A DNA stretch of 64,000 nucleotides from Squalus acanthias (Eukaryota): the NCBI GenBank assembly GCA_030390025.1, contig JASTWF010000033.1:5520001-5584000 (forward strand), given 5' to 3'. The position numbers were made by a program, and so were the translations under genes. How positions within the stretch are numbered: position 1 is the first letter of the stretch; the number at the start of each line of letters is the position of its first letter. Of this stretch, positions 49,616 through 62,640 are shown piece after piece. The notes beneath the pieces were generated by a model, which worked only from the letters and a program-made list of their open reading frames with translations, ran no database searches and was not told the origin of the DNA.

Positions 49616-51271
49616 GCCCAGTCCGCCCCAATGACAAAATCGAAGCCCAGGCTGCAAGATTCTCAGCTCAGTTTGGTGCTGTGTGAACGGGTGAGCTCCA
49701 CGCCCTGGCTGCTCGTGGGGAATGCCGGTGCAGAGGGCCCAGTGCAGAAGGCCCGGGGAGGAAAGGCTGTGAGATTTTCAACTCGGCTTAACTCGGTGCT
49801 GTGTGAACGGGCTGCTCCACATCCCGGCTGCTCGCGCGGAATGCCAGTGCGGAGGGCCCGGTGCAGAAGGCTTAAGGTGGAAGACTCAGAGGAGAGTGGC
49901 CTGGGCGGGAGGCCCAGCATGGAGAACCCCAGGCGGGGGGCCCAGGGCGGGGCGGCTGGTCGGCAGAGGTGGAGTCGGGAGATGCGGTTGGTGAGCATTG
50001 CTGCACTGGTTCTGAAAGTTGCAGAATGGTTTCGGGCCTGAATGAGTTCCAGTGGCCCAGCATCTGCTCTGCCTGGCAGCAGCTGTGAGGCTTTTTCTTG
50101 GTAATGGGACCGGTTTATGCGTCGCCATATTGGAGGAGGAAAGACAAACTGTTTCCATCTGTAATGGGGCGCTTGAGCGGTTACAAGATGGAAAATAAAA
50201 GGAAATTAAAAGACAGAGCAAAGTAATATCAGTAAGGAATGATGAGTATTCTTTGATGGTTGGGTCCTGTGAGCGATAACAGCATGCAGAAGAAGATTTG
50301 AGTGTTCGGTCTTTTTTACGGGATTTCAGGAAGTGGATGGCTTCTTTTTCCATGGAAGGGCTGAAGACTGTGGACAAGGACTATGACTTTACATGGTTCG
50401 ACAACATCAAATGATATTCGTTAATGGATTGCCAATAGGACTGGCGTAGAACTGGTATTTAATTGTTTTGTTGGGAAGGTTTCAGGTTTTCTGTTTGAAA
50501 GCAGTTTACTTGAAGCTTAATTGATTTTTTGATAAGGACTGTGGGAATTTGCACATGATGATGTATTGGTGGTTATGTAGGAATTTACTTTGAGGTAAAT
50601 GTGTTGGTGAGTTTGAAAAGATAAGGTAAATTAATATTGGTAATTTATTGAACGAATGGACGCACAAACGGACGAACGATTCGAAAGAACGCATTCATGC
50701 ATATTGGAACTTACACTCGATCGAACGAATGATCACTTGTGCAGTGATAGAACGAACGATTCGAGCGAACGCACGCAGGCGCGCACTTAGACAAATGATA
50801 CGCACGCACGCATTCATACATACATATTGGAACTTACACTCGATCGAACGAACGAACGAACATATGAATGAATGATCGAATGATCGAACGAACAGTGACA
50901 GTAGGACTGGCGTAAAATGGTTTTTTTCCTGGTTTATTGGAATAAAATGTTATCTGAAGCATTTAATTGGATTATAATGGTGCTATGTGTTTGTACACTT
51001 GTGTTGAAATGGTTTTTGTTTTATGTGGAGTTAACTTTGAGATTTATTATTTTAAATCTAAAAAGTTGTGTGGTATTGTTTAAGGGTATTTGTACTGGAT
51101 AAATTATTGATTATTTGTAAAATTAATCATTGCATTTATATTAACTATAAGGCTGTTTTTAAGGCTTTATTTTTTTACTGTTATGGATGAATGTAATGGA
51201 TTTACTATGTAATGGATTTACTATGTAATTGATGAGTTGTACAGGTATTATTGTTTTTGAATAAAAATATT
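49616..51271 (+). pseudogene. Unidentified retroposed insert (processed-pseudogene-like)
   Basis: Absent from the paralog (about 1650-1665). Flanked by TGAACAATATTCAT (49602-49615) and TGAACCATGTTCAT (51272-51285). GC-rich 5' part, decayed reading frame, AT-rich 3' part, AATAAA at 51260. Confidence 0.6.
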
Positions 51272-51823
51272 TGAACCATGTTCATTCTAGCAGTTGGAGT
51301 GTGTTTCTGCTGATCTTAATAACCTATATACCTGGAGATTAATATTCTATATATTGAATAAATCAGCTTTGTATAAACACAATGGGTCGAATATTTGATT
51401 TCTCCATGATAAGAGGAGACTAATTGATGTTCTGTTACCGAATGTTCCATTTTTTGAGCCTTTTCTTACTCTAACTTATATCACTTCTCACCTAGTTTTC
51501 CTTCTTCCGCATCAAACCCCAAGCTGGTTCTGTTTGAGTCCATGGCTTGTGGGTGTAATAGACTGAACTGGAGTGTCTCACTTTACACGCATCTGAAGTT
51601 CCTTTGAACCACCCTTTTATAGAACTATCTTGCATAAGATTTGAAATCTGTTATTTGCTGTATCATTCAACCCTTTTTGGATCCGATTTGGTAAAAACAC
51701 CTCCACATATACTGCATGTGATCGCCTATGAAATGTTCTGATCTTTGTAATTGTCATTGCTGATTTTGATGCGCTCTTTGATTTAATCTCGTTATCAACA
51801 TACCTTGCACTATTTCTTTATTT

Positions 51824-52173
51824 CCGTGTCTGCGTGGGTTTCCTCCGGGTGCTCCGGTTTCCTCCCACAGTCCAAAAATGTGCGGGTTAGGTTGATTTGG
51901 CTATGATAAATTGACCCTTAGTGTTAGGGGGGGATTAAATATGTGGGGTTACGGGGATAGGATGGGATATGTTAGGGGGAATTAAATACGTGGGGTTACG
52001 GGGATAGGGTGGGATATGTGTCGGTGCAGGCTCGATGGGGATTATGTGTGGGAAAGCAGGGACAGGGTACTGGATTTGGATGATCAGCCATGATCGTATT
52101 GAATGGTGGAGCAGGCTCGACGGGCCGAATGGCCTACTCCTGCTCCTAGTTTCTATGTTTCTATGTTTCTATG
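51824..52173 (+). mobile_element. 5'-truncated V-SINE (HE1-like)
   Basis: V-domain plus CR1-type tail (TTCTATGT)n; absent from paralogs at about 1105 and 63198. Confidence 0.9.
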
Positions 52174-52429
52174 TTTAATCGAGATAATTGTTTCTAATAC
52201 TTCCTTAATCACGTCTTTAGCTCCTCCATTGATGCCTGTCAATAATCCTTGTTTAGGGGTTGGCGTTAGGGGCTTGGGTTCGGGTTAGGATTATGAGATG
52301 GTGATTAGGGATAGAAACCACTATTGACAACGCCAGTGTCACTCGACATGCATTCTTTCATTTCACGGTGTTTTAAGCTCATGCAGATGAGTCAGAAAAC
52401 AGCCTCATGAATTGTTCATTCAAGGGACC

Positions 52430-52735
52430 TTCTTTCGAGCCCGAGCCTGATTTCCTCCCTTTTTTCACATCTCTACATTTGCCACAGAAAAAGACATCAG
52501 GGTCATTAGACTTTGGACAGGAAAATGCAGATCCAGGTGTTGTGCTGGTTACATCTGATCATCGGCCTGCCTGAAAAGGGCTTGTGACAATAACCTGTCA
52601 CCAGGCCCCACCAGTCGCCATCTGATTCCACCATCATATCTTCATCCATTACCCGCCTTTCACCCTCACTGGAGCTGATTTCACCTCCATGACCATTCCC
52701 CATACTGAGGCTCTCTGATTCACATTGTATAGACT
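52430..52735 (-). pseudogene. PHF23: PHF23/PHF13-family PHD fragment, copy 2
   Basis: SSSEGERRVMDEDMMVESDGDWWGLVTGYCHKPFSGRPMIRCNQHNTWI in ORF 52506-52913. Confidence 0.8.
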
Positions 52736-53313
52736 CAGTGTAAGTGGTCCCTGGATTTGGTGCCTCAGTGTAAGTGGTCCCTGGATTTGGTGCCCCAGTG
52801 TAAGTGGTCCCTGGATTTGGTGTCTCAATGTAAGTGATCCCGACACAGAGCGGGTTCCTACATGTTGCAACCCATCCGGCGGGGCCCGCTGGGTCAGGAT
52901 ATAAAGAGACCACGCGCTGATCCTCCTCCCACTGCCTGGGGGAATGGGCCAGATATTTAAAGGGACAGGGACTCCCCTTTCTCTGCCTATTTATAGTTAA
53001 AGGGACAGACCCGTTTATCTTGGAGTGTCGGCGGACTTCACTAACAGAGCTCCCATTAACAGTCGCTCCCTTCTGTACTGTGCAGTGATTGTAAACCTGT
53101 CTGTTTCAGTGACTTGAACCTTTCTAAAATGTCTCGCTGTTTTTGACGATCCATTTGACTTGCTTGGTTAATATTGAGACTTCAGAATTTTGCAATGTTG
53201 GAGTGACATTTCTTTCAAAATATTTGTTCTAACCCTCCGTCGCCCCCCCCCCCCCCCCCACTTTAGAACACACTGCAATACTGACCAGGATGGTCCCACG
53301 TTCAATCCTTGAT

Positions 53314-53600
53314 CTGACCACTCACCATTTCTCCTCCATTTACAGACGCTCCCTGACCACTCACCTTTTCTCCTCCATTTACAGACGCTCCCTGACTCAC
53401 TTCCTCCCTGTCCCGGAGTTTGCTGCGGGGCCGCTTTGTGGACTTTCTGTTGTTACAGTTGCTCCCTGACCATTCCCCAGTTCTCCTCCATTTGCAGACG
53501 CTCCCTGACCATTCCCCATTTCTCCTCCATTTACAGACGCTCCCTGACTCACTTCCTCCCTGTCCTGGAGTTTGCCGCGGGGCCGCTTTGTGGACTTTCT
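53314..53600. repeat. 39-bp-based compound minisatellite
   Basis: CTGACCACTCACCATTTCTCCTCCATTTACAGACGCTCC units within a duplicated block of about 150 bp. Confidence 0.8.
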
Positions 53601-53729
53601 GTTGTTTGCTCCACACCACAGATGGAACCCTGTGGGGTGGAGCAAACATTGCAACATTTGGCAGTGAAATGGATTCACTCAGGACAGACAGCAGGGATTA
53701 TTTCAGGAAATAACACAGTGTAGTGAGAA

Positions 53730-55130
53730 AGGAAATGCAGTGGATGTTGTGGAGATGGATTGTCAAAAGGTGTTTGATAAGGTGCCGGACAGGAGGCTTG
53801 TTGATCAAATGAAGGCTGACGGTATTAAAGGGAGTGGGGCAGCGGGGATAGGACGTTGGGTAAAGGGCAGAAAACAGAGAGTAGTGGTTAATGGATGTGC
53901 TTCAGACTGGAGGGATGTACACAGTGGTGTCCCCCAGGGTCAGTGTTGGGACCACTGCTCTTCTCAATATAGAGAAATGATCTGGGCTTGGGTATGTGGG
54001 GCACAAGATCAAAATCTCCAGATGAGTCCAAAATAGGGACCATGGCCAACTGTGAAGAGGACTGTAAGTGACTTCAGTGGGAATACACAGGTTAGCAAAT
54101 GGGGCAGGTAGATGTCAGCTGAAATTTAATGCAAAGAATTATGAGGTGATGCATTTTGGGAGGAAGAAAAAAGTGGGAAATCTACATTAAATGGTAAAAG
54201 TTTAAAAGGAGTAGAGGAACAGAACAGTAAAGAGGTGTAAGATTCTAGCTGATGCCTTGTCTTATTCATTAGCAGGTTCGAGAGTCTCGTGTCCACAACT
54301 TTAATACCTTATTAGAAATATAAGATGAGCAGATTCTCTGTCCTCTACCGTACCTTACATTGATCCATCAATCAGAGTAAACTTGCAAGTCCCGCGTGTC
54401 CACAGTAACTTACACGAGGTCAGCCCGCTGGATGGAACCTCGGGTGCCCTGAGCTTGATCTCCGGTGTCTCCAGTCCCGACTGCCCCCTTACATCAGGAT
54501 CCCCTCACTTTTATACCCTGTCGTGATCCATCTCTGGCACCTGACTCTTCTTTGTCTTCTCTGCTGGGTTTTGGCAGGAAGCGAGTGAAAGACAGCTGGA
54601 ACTTCTCTAATCTGTGATTTACAAGGACACTTTCCCTAGTTCCCAGCAGTTACTTTTCTTCAGTAATGTTCTTATTATCCCTAAACTACCCTGCCTGCTG
54701 TTAATGATGTTATTTCTTATAGTTTCACAGTTTTTGGTATAAACATCACACATTATAACCTGATCTATTCTATTACTCACTCTGGTTTAAGCTTATATTG
54801 TGGTTAATAACAGACAAACCCGGTTCTTTCTCCTGATCTGATTAGAGTTTCACCCGAGCGGAATTTGTGGAATGGAATGTCTTATCAGTGTTGCCATGGC
54901 GACCTGTCTGCAGTGAAGCTCCTGTTTGTGTTTCTAACTCAGACTAAACTTCTCTCTCCCATAATATCAGACATTTATGTTAATGAATTTTAGCCAAGTT
55001 CTGTTAATATCACTAAAACCAACAAGGGGTTCAGACACACAAACCTTTAAAAGTGAGAGGGACAAGCTGATCAAGTGTTTAAAAAGCACATGGGATCTTA
55101 GATTTTATACATAGGGGTGTAGAGTACAAA
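53730..55130 (+). mobile_element. Old CR1 RT fragment interrupted by a solo LTR
   Basis: DVVEMDCQKVFDKVP..QRVVVNG..SGVPQG; resumes at about 55025. Confidence 0.75.
54236..55024 (-). mobile_element. Solo LTR (789 bp)
   Basis: TGT...ACA termini, minus-strand TATAAAA (54509-54515) followed by ATTAAA (54300-54305), imperfect flanks AGAGG/AGGGG, interrupts a CR1. Confidence 0.6.
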
Positions 55131-55131
55131 A

Positions 55132-55857
55132 GGGCAGATACAGCACGGGTTAGATACAGAGTAAAGCTCCCTCTACACTGTCCCATCAAACACTCCCAGG
55201 GCAGATACAGCACGGGTTAGATACAGAGTAAAGCTCCCCCTACACTGTCCCATCAAACACTCCCAGGGCAGGTACAGCACGGGTTAGATACAGAGTAAAG
55301 CTCCCTCTACACTGTCCCATCAAACATTCCCAGGGCAGGTACATCACGGGTTAGATACAGAGTAAAGCTCCCTCTGCACTGTCCCATCAAACACTCCGAG
55401 GGCAGGTACAGCACGGGTTAAATACAGAGTAAACCTCTCTCTACTGTCCCATCAAACACTCCCAGGGCAGGTACAGCACGGGTTAGATGCAGAGTAAAGC
55501 TCCCTCTACACTGTCCCATCAAACATCCCCAGGGCAGGTACATCACGGGTTAGATACAGCGTAAAGCTCCCTCTGCACTGTCCCATCAAACACTCCTAGG
55601 GCAGGTACAGCACGGGTTAGATACAGAGTAAAGCTCTCTCTACACTGTCCCATCAAACACTCCCAGGCCAGGTACAGCACGGGTTAGATACAGAGTAAAG
55701 CTCCCTCTACAGTGTCCCATCAAACACTCCCAGGGCAGGTACAGCAGGGGTTAGATACAGAGTAAAGCTCCCTCTACACTGCCCCATCAAACACTCCCAG
55801 GGCAGGTACAGCACGGGTTAGATACAGTGTAAAGATCCCTCTACACTGTCCCATCAA
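55132..55857. repeat. 67-bp minisatellite, about 11 copies (inverted paralog)
   Basis: Reverse complement of the 33541-34100 unit. Confidence 0.95.
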
Positions 55858-56029
55858 ATAAAACTGTTGGACTATAACCTGGTGTTGTGCGACCTCTCAA
55901 TTTTGTCCATCAAACACTGCCAGCCCATAATGAGCAGGGCTCAGGGAAGTTGGTTGCTAGGCACTGCAGTGATGTCATAAAGCAGGGCCATTCAGCCCAG
56001 CTGGTCGTCTCCTTGTCCCTTTAAAGGTG

Positions 56030-56355
56030 GAGAGCGGGGACACCCTGTCTCAAAACACACCCCACCTGTTCATACTGAGAATCCCCGGGCAAGGCCCAAG
56101 GCCCAGAGTGTGGAACAACCCCGGGGAAAAGAGGAGGAGAGCGGGGACACCCTGTCTCAAAACACTCCCCACCTGTTCATACTGAGAATCCCCGGGCAAG
56201 GCCCAAGGCCCAGAGTGTGGTCACAGCCCGGGGGAAAAGAGGAGGAGAGTGGGGACACCCTGTCTCAAAACACACCCCACCTGTTCATACTGAGAATCCC
56301 CGGGCAAGGCCCAAGGCCCAGAGTGTGGACACACCCCGGGGGAAAAGAGGAGGAG
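56030..56355. repeat. 106-bp minisatellite, about 3 copies
   Basis: Reverse complement of the 32695-33430 unit. Confidence 0.9.
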
Positions 56356-56679
56356 AGGAGGGGAGGAGTTGGGACTGAGGGACACCAAGCTTCAGTTTTC
56401 GAGCCTGTAGACTTCAGGAGGGAAGACTGAGTTCAGTAGTTTTCGGATCCAGGGAGAGAACAAGGAGCAGATGGGGAGACTGGTGTGGATTCCAGCACAG
56501 TGAGGATGTAGGGGGAGGGAGATTGTGTCGGGCCGTGTATTAGGGGTGTAGGAGGGACAAGAGAGGAAAGGTCAGAGGAGCAATTACTGCAGCAGTGTCC
56601 ATGAATAGTGAGAGAGAGAGAAGGTGGGGGTTAGAGTGGACCAGGGACAGTCTGTGAAACTGTCTGTTTGCTGTGACTA

Positions 56680-57285
56680 CACAGGATTACACAGGATATA
56701 CGGCACAGAAACAGGCCATTCGGCCCAACCAGTCCATGCCGCGTTTATGCTCCACTCGAACCTCCTCCCGTCTTTCTCCATCTAACTCTATCAGCATAAC
56801 CCTCTATTCCCTTCTCCCTCATATGCTTGTCTAGCCTCCCCTTAAATGCATCTATACTATTCGCTTCAACCACTCCCTGTGGTAGCGAGTTCCACATTCT
56901 CCCCACTCTCTGGGTAAAGAAGTTTCTCCTGAATTCCCTATTGGATTTCTTGGTGACTATCTTATATTGATGGCCTCTAGTTATGCTCTTCCCCACAAGT
57001 GGAAACACTCTCTCTGTATCTACTCTATCAAAACCTTTCATCATTTTAAAGACCTCTATCAGGTCACCCCTCAGCCTTCTTTTTTCAAGAGAAAAGAGAC
57101 CCAGCCTGTCCATCCTTTCCTGACAGGTATACCCTCTCATTTCTGGTATCATCCTTGTAAATCTTCTCTGCACCCTCTCCAGTGCCTCTATATCCTTTTT
57201 ATAATATGGTGACCAGAATTGTACGCAGTGCTCCAAGTGTGGTCTAAACAAGGTTCGATACAAGTTTAGCAGAACTTCACTACTT
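56680..57285 (-). mobile_element. CR1 3' fragment
   Basis: ORF 56745-57263 RT C-terminus; paralog of 31750-32360. Confidence 0.9.
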
Positions 57286-58598
57286 TTCCATTCTATAACA
57301 ATTCAATTCTATAACAATCGATCCCAATAATTTAACCCAATAGGTTAAAGTCTTAAGTCCAATGTTGTCAGCACACTGCGACATTCGATGTCTGCAGATA
57401 ACGGGAGATAAATTCTTAAAACTGCTGGATCTCTTGCTCTGCCATCAACCTCTTATCAAACTGGAGCTGGCATTGCCTAATATGGTCGTCTCTGGCGACT
57501 GCACAGTCCAGAGACACAAGTCTGCATTTTCTTCAACACACATCAACAACGTTAGAAGCAGGTAAACACACTGTGGCCTTCCTGGGGCAGCACAAACCAC
57601 TAGTCTCCAGACTTTTCTTATCCCAACATCATATTTCTGATCGAAACATTCTATGATGAAAATATCCAAGGCCAGTTGGTTGCAAACACCAGCTGTTGCT
57701 CAGTGAAATCTCTCTCTCTCTCTAATGATACCGACCACATTTCCCCCGATATCGAATGAACTAAACATGAACACCTTTCAGAAGCTGAATTAACCGAGGT
57801 CCATATGCCAACACCCCTCTCATCTTCCATTCACTTCAATTGAAAGGAAACCGACAGATTGGACCAGTCAGGATTTGAACGATATTTACAACAGATTCTA
57901 GATGTTCTTAGAGTTGGGATCTTTCTCTATTCTGTCCACTCGAGGAGTTAGATAACAGACTTTCTCCTGTGAATATAGAGCTGGGATATTGGGCCGTGAT
58001 GTGTTCACTTGTTCATCTTGTTGACTCTAAACCTTTGCCAATTATTTGATGTGATCTGTTTACTTGTACGTATTGATTTAAATACACTTGCTGAGTGGAT
58101 TCAAATTTAAATTGAAAGCAGGTTTGCAGGCGTGATGCTCTATTCACACATCGAAGGTGAGAGAGATGCTGTGGGTCACACGTTAAGTCCAGTAGCTGAA
58201 AGTGATTAACAGACTGGGTTTTGTGTTTAGTGATCCCGGGCGTGTTACCGAGACCTTCCCTGGATACCAAGGCTAGGAGAGGCACTCTGGAAGGTATCGG
58301 GAGCTGGGACTTGTCCATGAGAGTAACCGAAGGTACGAGAACTGAAATAATCTCGAGTTAGAAAGGTGAAAAGGCCCAAAAATGGAGCAGTCAGTAACAG
58401 GACATCAATTAGTCTCCACTTATCTTGGAGACATCAAATATCAACTCACTGTTACTTGAAATATCAAAATATTAAACTCCAGCCCAGTTATAGGGGTTAT
58501 TAACATCAGCAGGAAGAAACTCCACCTCTCAGAATGAAGACGATTCAGTCCGGGATGTGATTAACAGCAGCAATAACAGCAGAATCCAACCCCTGCAG

Positions 58599-59215
58599 TC
58601 ACTTGTGAACTCGTTGAAGTCTCAGCAGGTTAGATGACCGAGTGAAGCCCTTCCCACACACGGAGCAGGTGAACGGCCTCTCCCCAGTGTGAACTCGCTG
58701 GTGTGTCAGCAGGGTGGATGACTGAGTGAATCTCTTCCCACACTCGGAGCAGGTGAACGGTCTCTCCCCAGTGTGACTGCGATGATGAATTTCCAGTTCA
58801 GACGGGTAATTGAATCCCTTCCCACAGTCCCCACATTTCCACGGTTTCTCCGTGGTGCGGGTGTCCTTGTGTCTCTCCAGGTTGGACGATCAGTTGAAGC
58901 CTTGTCCACACACAGAACACGTGTACGGTTTCTCCCCGCTGTGAATGGTGCGATGTTTTTTCTGGCTGTGTAACTGGTTAAAGCTCTTTCCACAGTCAGT
59001 GCACTGGAACACTCTCACTCGGGTGTGTGTGTCTCGGTGCTTTTCCAGTCACACTGATGTTTGAAATCCTTTCCCACAGACAGAACAGACAAACATTTCT
59101 CCTTCCACATTCAAAGGCTGATGATATTCAGGTCCTGAGTAAACGAGTGACTGTCAAATTTTGATGTGATGTTTGGTTTGAGTTTCCCGTCTGCAAATCC
59201 TCCCCTTCTAATACC
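58599..59215 (-). pseudogene. ZNF-b copy 2: 6 C2H2 units with two TGA stops
   Basis: TGA at 59049-59051 and 58890-58892 (same positions as copy 1); the internal ATG of copy 1 is ACG here. Confidence 0.9.
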
Positions 59216-59589
59216 CTGTAAAAGGAGTTTACAAAATTCATCACTGTAAGTACAGGACAGAAATTCAGAACAGACAATTTTAGTTTCTATCAAACATTCT
59301 TTCCTCTCTTCTTCATCCAAAGCTGTAAATCCCCGTCCCACATATTGTCCCTCCTCCCTGTGCTAAAATCCAAACACGTCTCAAGATAGTTTGTCCTCTG
59401 CTCACAGTTTTCAGTATAATCAGTTCTACACTCACTGGTTCCCCTCCCTCTCCTCCCCTGAAGGAGCTGACTCTGGCTGGGTTCAGTTCCTCACTCACTG
59501 GTTCCCCTCCCTCTCCTCCCCTGAAGGTGCTGACTCTGGCTGGGTTCAGTTCACTCACTGGGACATTGAAGCCACGTCTCCTAGAGGCT

Positions 59590-60000
59590 ACTTTACAAAG
59601 ATGGCCACGCATGCGCTCTACCGCTCGATGAAGCAAGATGGCGACGCAAAAAATTCAGTGATCCTTTACAAAGATGGCCGCCGTTAACCCTAGCCTCTTC
59701 CTGGGTAAAAGCCTCCGAGCTGCAAACGGGGAACCTGTAGGTTCTCTTTCGAGGCTTGCGGCCTACAGTAGCTGTTTATGAAGCTCACCCATCGGGTGCG
59801 TTACCTCCCTGCGCCCCGCTGATTCGTAAATGTTGCAAAAACCGTGACTGCCGCTTATATCCGCTCCGTGCACTCGCCCGGCTCTGATCACACTGACACT
59901 GCGCATGCTCCAAATACAGGCGAACACTGCGCCTGCGCACTGGGCTCCTCCAGTGTGAATGGGGCACATTCTCCCCCGCGGGGCATGCTGGGGAACATTG
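59590..60000 (-). promoter_or_regulatory. Promoter of ZNF-b copy 2
   Basis: Repeated AAGATGGC motifs, CGCATGCGC and TGCGCATGC; reverse complement of 28530-29100. Confidence 0.55.
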
Positions 60001-60099
60001 AAAGACCCAATTAGTGAATGGAGAATGAGTTTCTGTGATCCCATTGAGAGAAAATTCATCAATATTTCACACAGAAACCCCAGTGCACTGGTGTCTCAG

Positions 60100-61545
60100 C
60101 AGGTGGGGTGAATTTCTTCCCACACACAGGATATTGAAACAGCCTCTCTCCAATATCAATGCGCTGATCGTGCATCAGCTGCTTTGAACTTTGAAAGCTT
60201 TTCTCACAGTCAGAGTATTTAAAGCAACTGTTTTCAATGTGGACACTCTGCAGTGTCAACAGTTGGGACAACGGAGTGAATCCCTTCCCACACGTGAAGT
60301 ATCTGAACGGTCTCTCTCCGGTGTGACTGTGCTGGTGTGTCAGTCAATGGGATGGTCGATAGAATCACTTTCCACATACAGACCACTGAACGGATTCTCC
60401 CCTTTATGAACATGTTCGTGTGCTAATAGGTGAGATGAGTGAATGAATCTTTTTCCACACTTAGCTGGTGAATGGCCTCTCCCTGGTGTGAATGTATCCA
60501 TGAGTTTCCACCTCAGACGGTCAACTCCATTCATTCCCACAGTCCCCACATTTACACTGTTGATTCAGGTGGGCGCACGAGTCTCACAGGCTAGATGATT
60601 GGTTGAAGGTGGGTTCGTGCCACTCAAGTGCCAGGCAATGACTATCTCCAACAAGCGAGAGTCGAACCACCACCCAACATTCAACGGCATTGCCATCACC
60701 GAATACCCCACCATCAACATCCTGGGGGTCACCGTTGACCAGAAACTTAACTGGACCAGCTACATACAAGTGCAGGTCAGAGGCTAGGTATTCTGCGGTG
60801 AGTGTCTCACCTCCTGACTCCCCAAAGCCTTTCCACCATGTACAAGGCACAAGTAAAGAGTGTGATGGAATACTCTCCACTTGCCTGGATGAGTGCAGCT
60901 CCAACAACACTCAAAAAGCTTGACACCATCCAGGACAATGCAGTCCACTTGATTGGCACCCCATCCACCACCTTAAACACTCACTCCTTCCACCACCGGC
61001 GCACCGTGGCTGCAGTATGTACCATCTACAAGATGCACTGCAGCAACTCGCCAAGGCTTCTTCGGCAGCACCTCCCAAACCCACGACCTCTTCCACCTAG
61101 AAGGGCAAGGGCAGCAGGCACATGGGAACACCACCACCTCCAAGTTCCCCTCCAAGTCACACACCATCCCGAATTAAAAGAATATCGGCGATCCTTCATC
61201 GTCGCTGGGTTAAAATCCAGGAAATCCCTCCCTAACAGCACTGTGGGAGTACCATCACCACACGGACTGCAGGTTCAAGAAAGTGTTTCACCACCACCTT
61301 CTCAACGGCAATTAGGGATGGGCAATAAATGCTGGCCCTGCCAGTGACTCCCACATCCCATAAACAAATTTAAAAAAATACACAGAACACGTGTCCTGTT
61401 TCTCCCGCTGTTATTGGTGTCTTTCCTTCTATATCCAAAGGCCGATGATATTAAGGTCCTGATGAAACTGGTCAATCTCTCAGATCTTGAGGCGATATTT
61501 TGTTTGAGTTTCCATCAGCAGATCCTCCCCTACTGACACTCTGAA
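60100..61545 (-). pseudogene. ZNF-c degraded exon with a LINE insertion (60615-61375)
   Basis: Reverse complement of 25986-26930 plus 28030-28385. Confidence 0.75.
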
Positions 61546-62282
61546 ATGGTCTTTACAAATGTTGTTACTTTAAGTGCAGGATAGAAAGTCAGAACAGACA
61601 ATTCTAGTTCCTATAGAACGTTCTGTCCTCTCCTTCCCCTCCTAAGCTGTAAATTCCCCATTCTACAAACTCTGCCTCCATCCTTACTGTCTAAAATCAA
61701 CATTCATTGCACTGGCTGGGATTTTGTTTCTCCCCTTCTCTCCAGAAGGCGCTGAATCTGGCTGGGTGAAATTCCACATACATTAGTTAACCTCTAGTGC
61801 CTCACCGTCAGCCGACTCAGTGAGTGTCAGCAGCATTTCCCCTGTGGTAGGCATCACAGCCGAGTCCAATCCTGCCCTCAATTGACATCCATACACTTCC
61901 CAGTTGATGTGACTGGATCTCCATCAAGAGCAGGGGCAGGGGCTGATTCTTACTCTTATTTAGCCCAGTGGTGCTGAGGCCAATTCTGGCCCCTGAACTG
62001 TTGCCATGGCTGTGATCAACTAACAGCCCAGATCAAGGACTGCACTTTGGACCTTCCCAGTCAGTAGTGCCGAATGTTTTAAAGCGGGCGTGGTGGTAGG
62101 GCGGGGCCAATGTGGAGGTGGGAAGTGTTGGAAGAGAACATTCTGAAAGAAATGCTACTCCACCTTTAAAGGACCATGATGTGGAGATGCCGGTGTTGGA
62201 CTGGGGTAGACAAATGTGAGAATTCGCGGGATGGATCTTGTTGATGTTATCGTGTAGTCTTTTCAGTGATTCTTCACCATGG

Positions 62283-62640
62283 TTCCAAATCTTAGGACCA
62301 CTTACACTGTCACACCAAATCCAGGGACCACTTACACTGTGACACTAAATCCAGGGACAATTTACAGTGTGACACCAAATCCAGGGACAACTTACACTAT
62401 GACACCAAATGCGGGGACCACTTACATTGTGACACCAAATCCAGGAGTATTTGCACTGTGACACCAATTCCAGGGCCCACTTACAATGCGACACCAAATC
62501 TGGGGAACACTTACTCTGAGACACCAAATCGAGAGACCACTTACACTGTGACACCAAATCCGGGGAACACTTACAGTGTGACACCAAATCCAGGGACCAC
62601 TTACACTACGATACCGAATCCAGGGATCATTTACACTGAG
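62283..62640. repeat. 30-bp minisatellite, about 12 copies
   Basis: Tandem CACTTACACTGTGACACCAAATCCAGGGAC. Confidence 0.9.
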
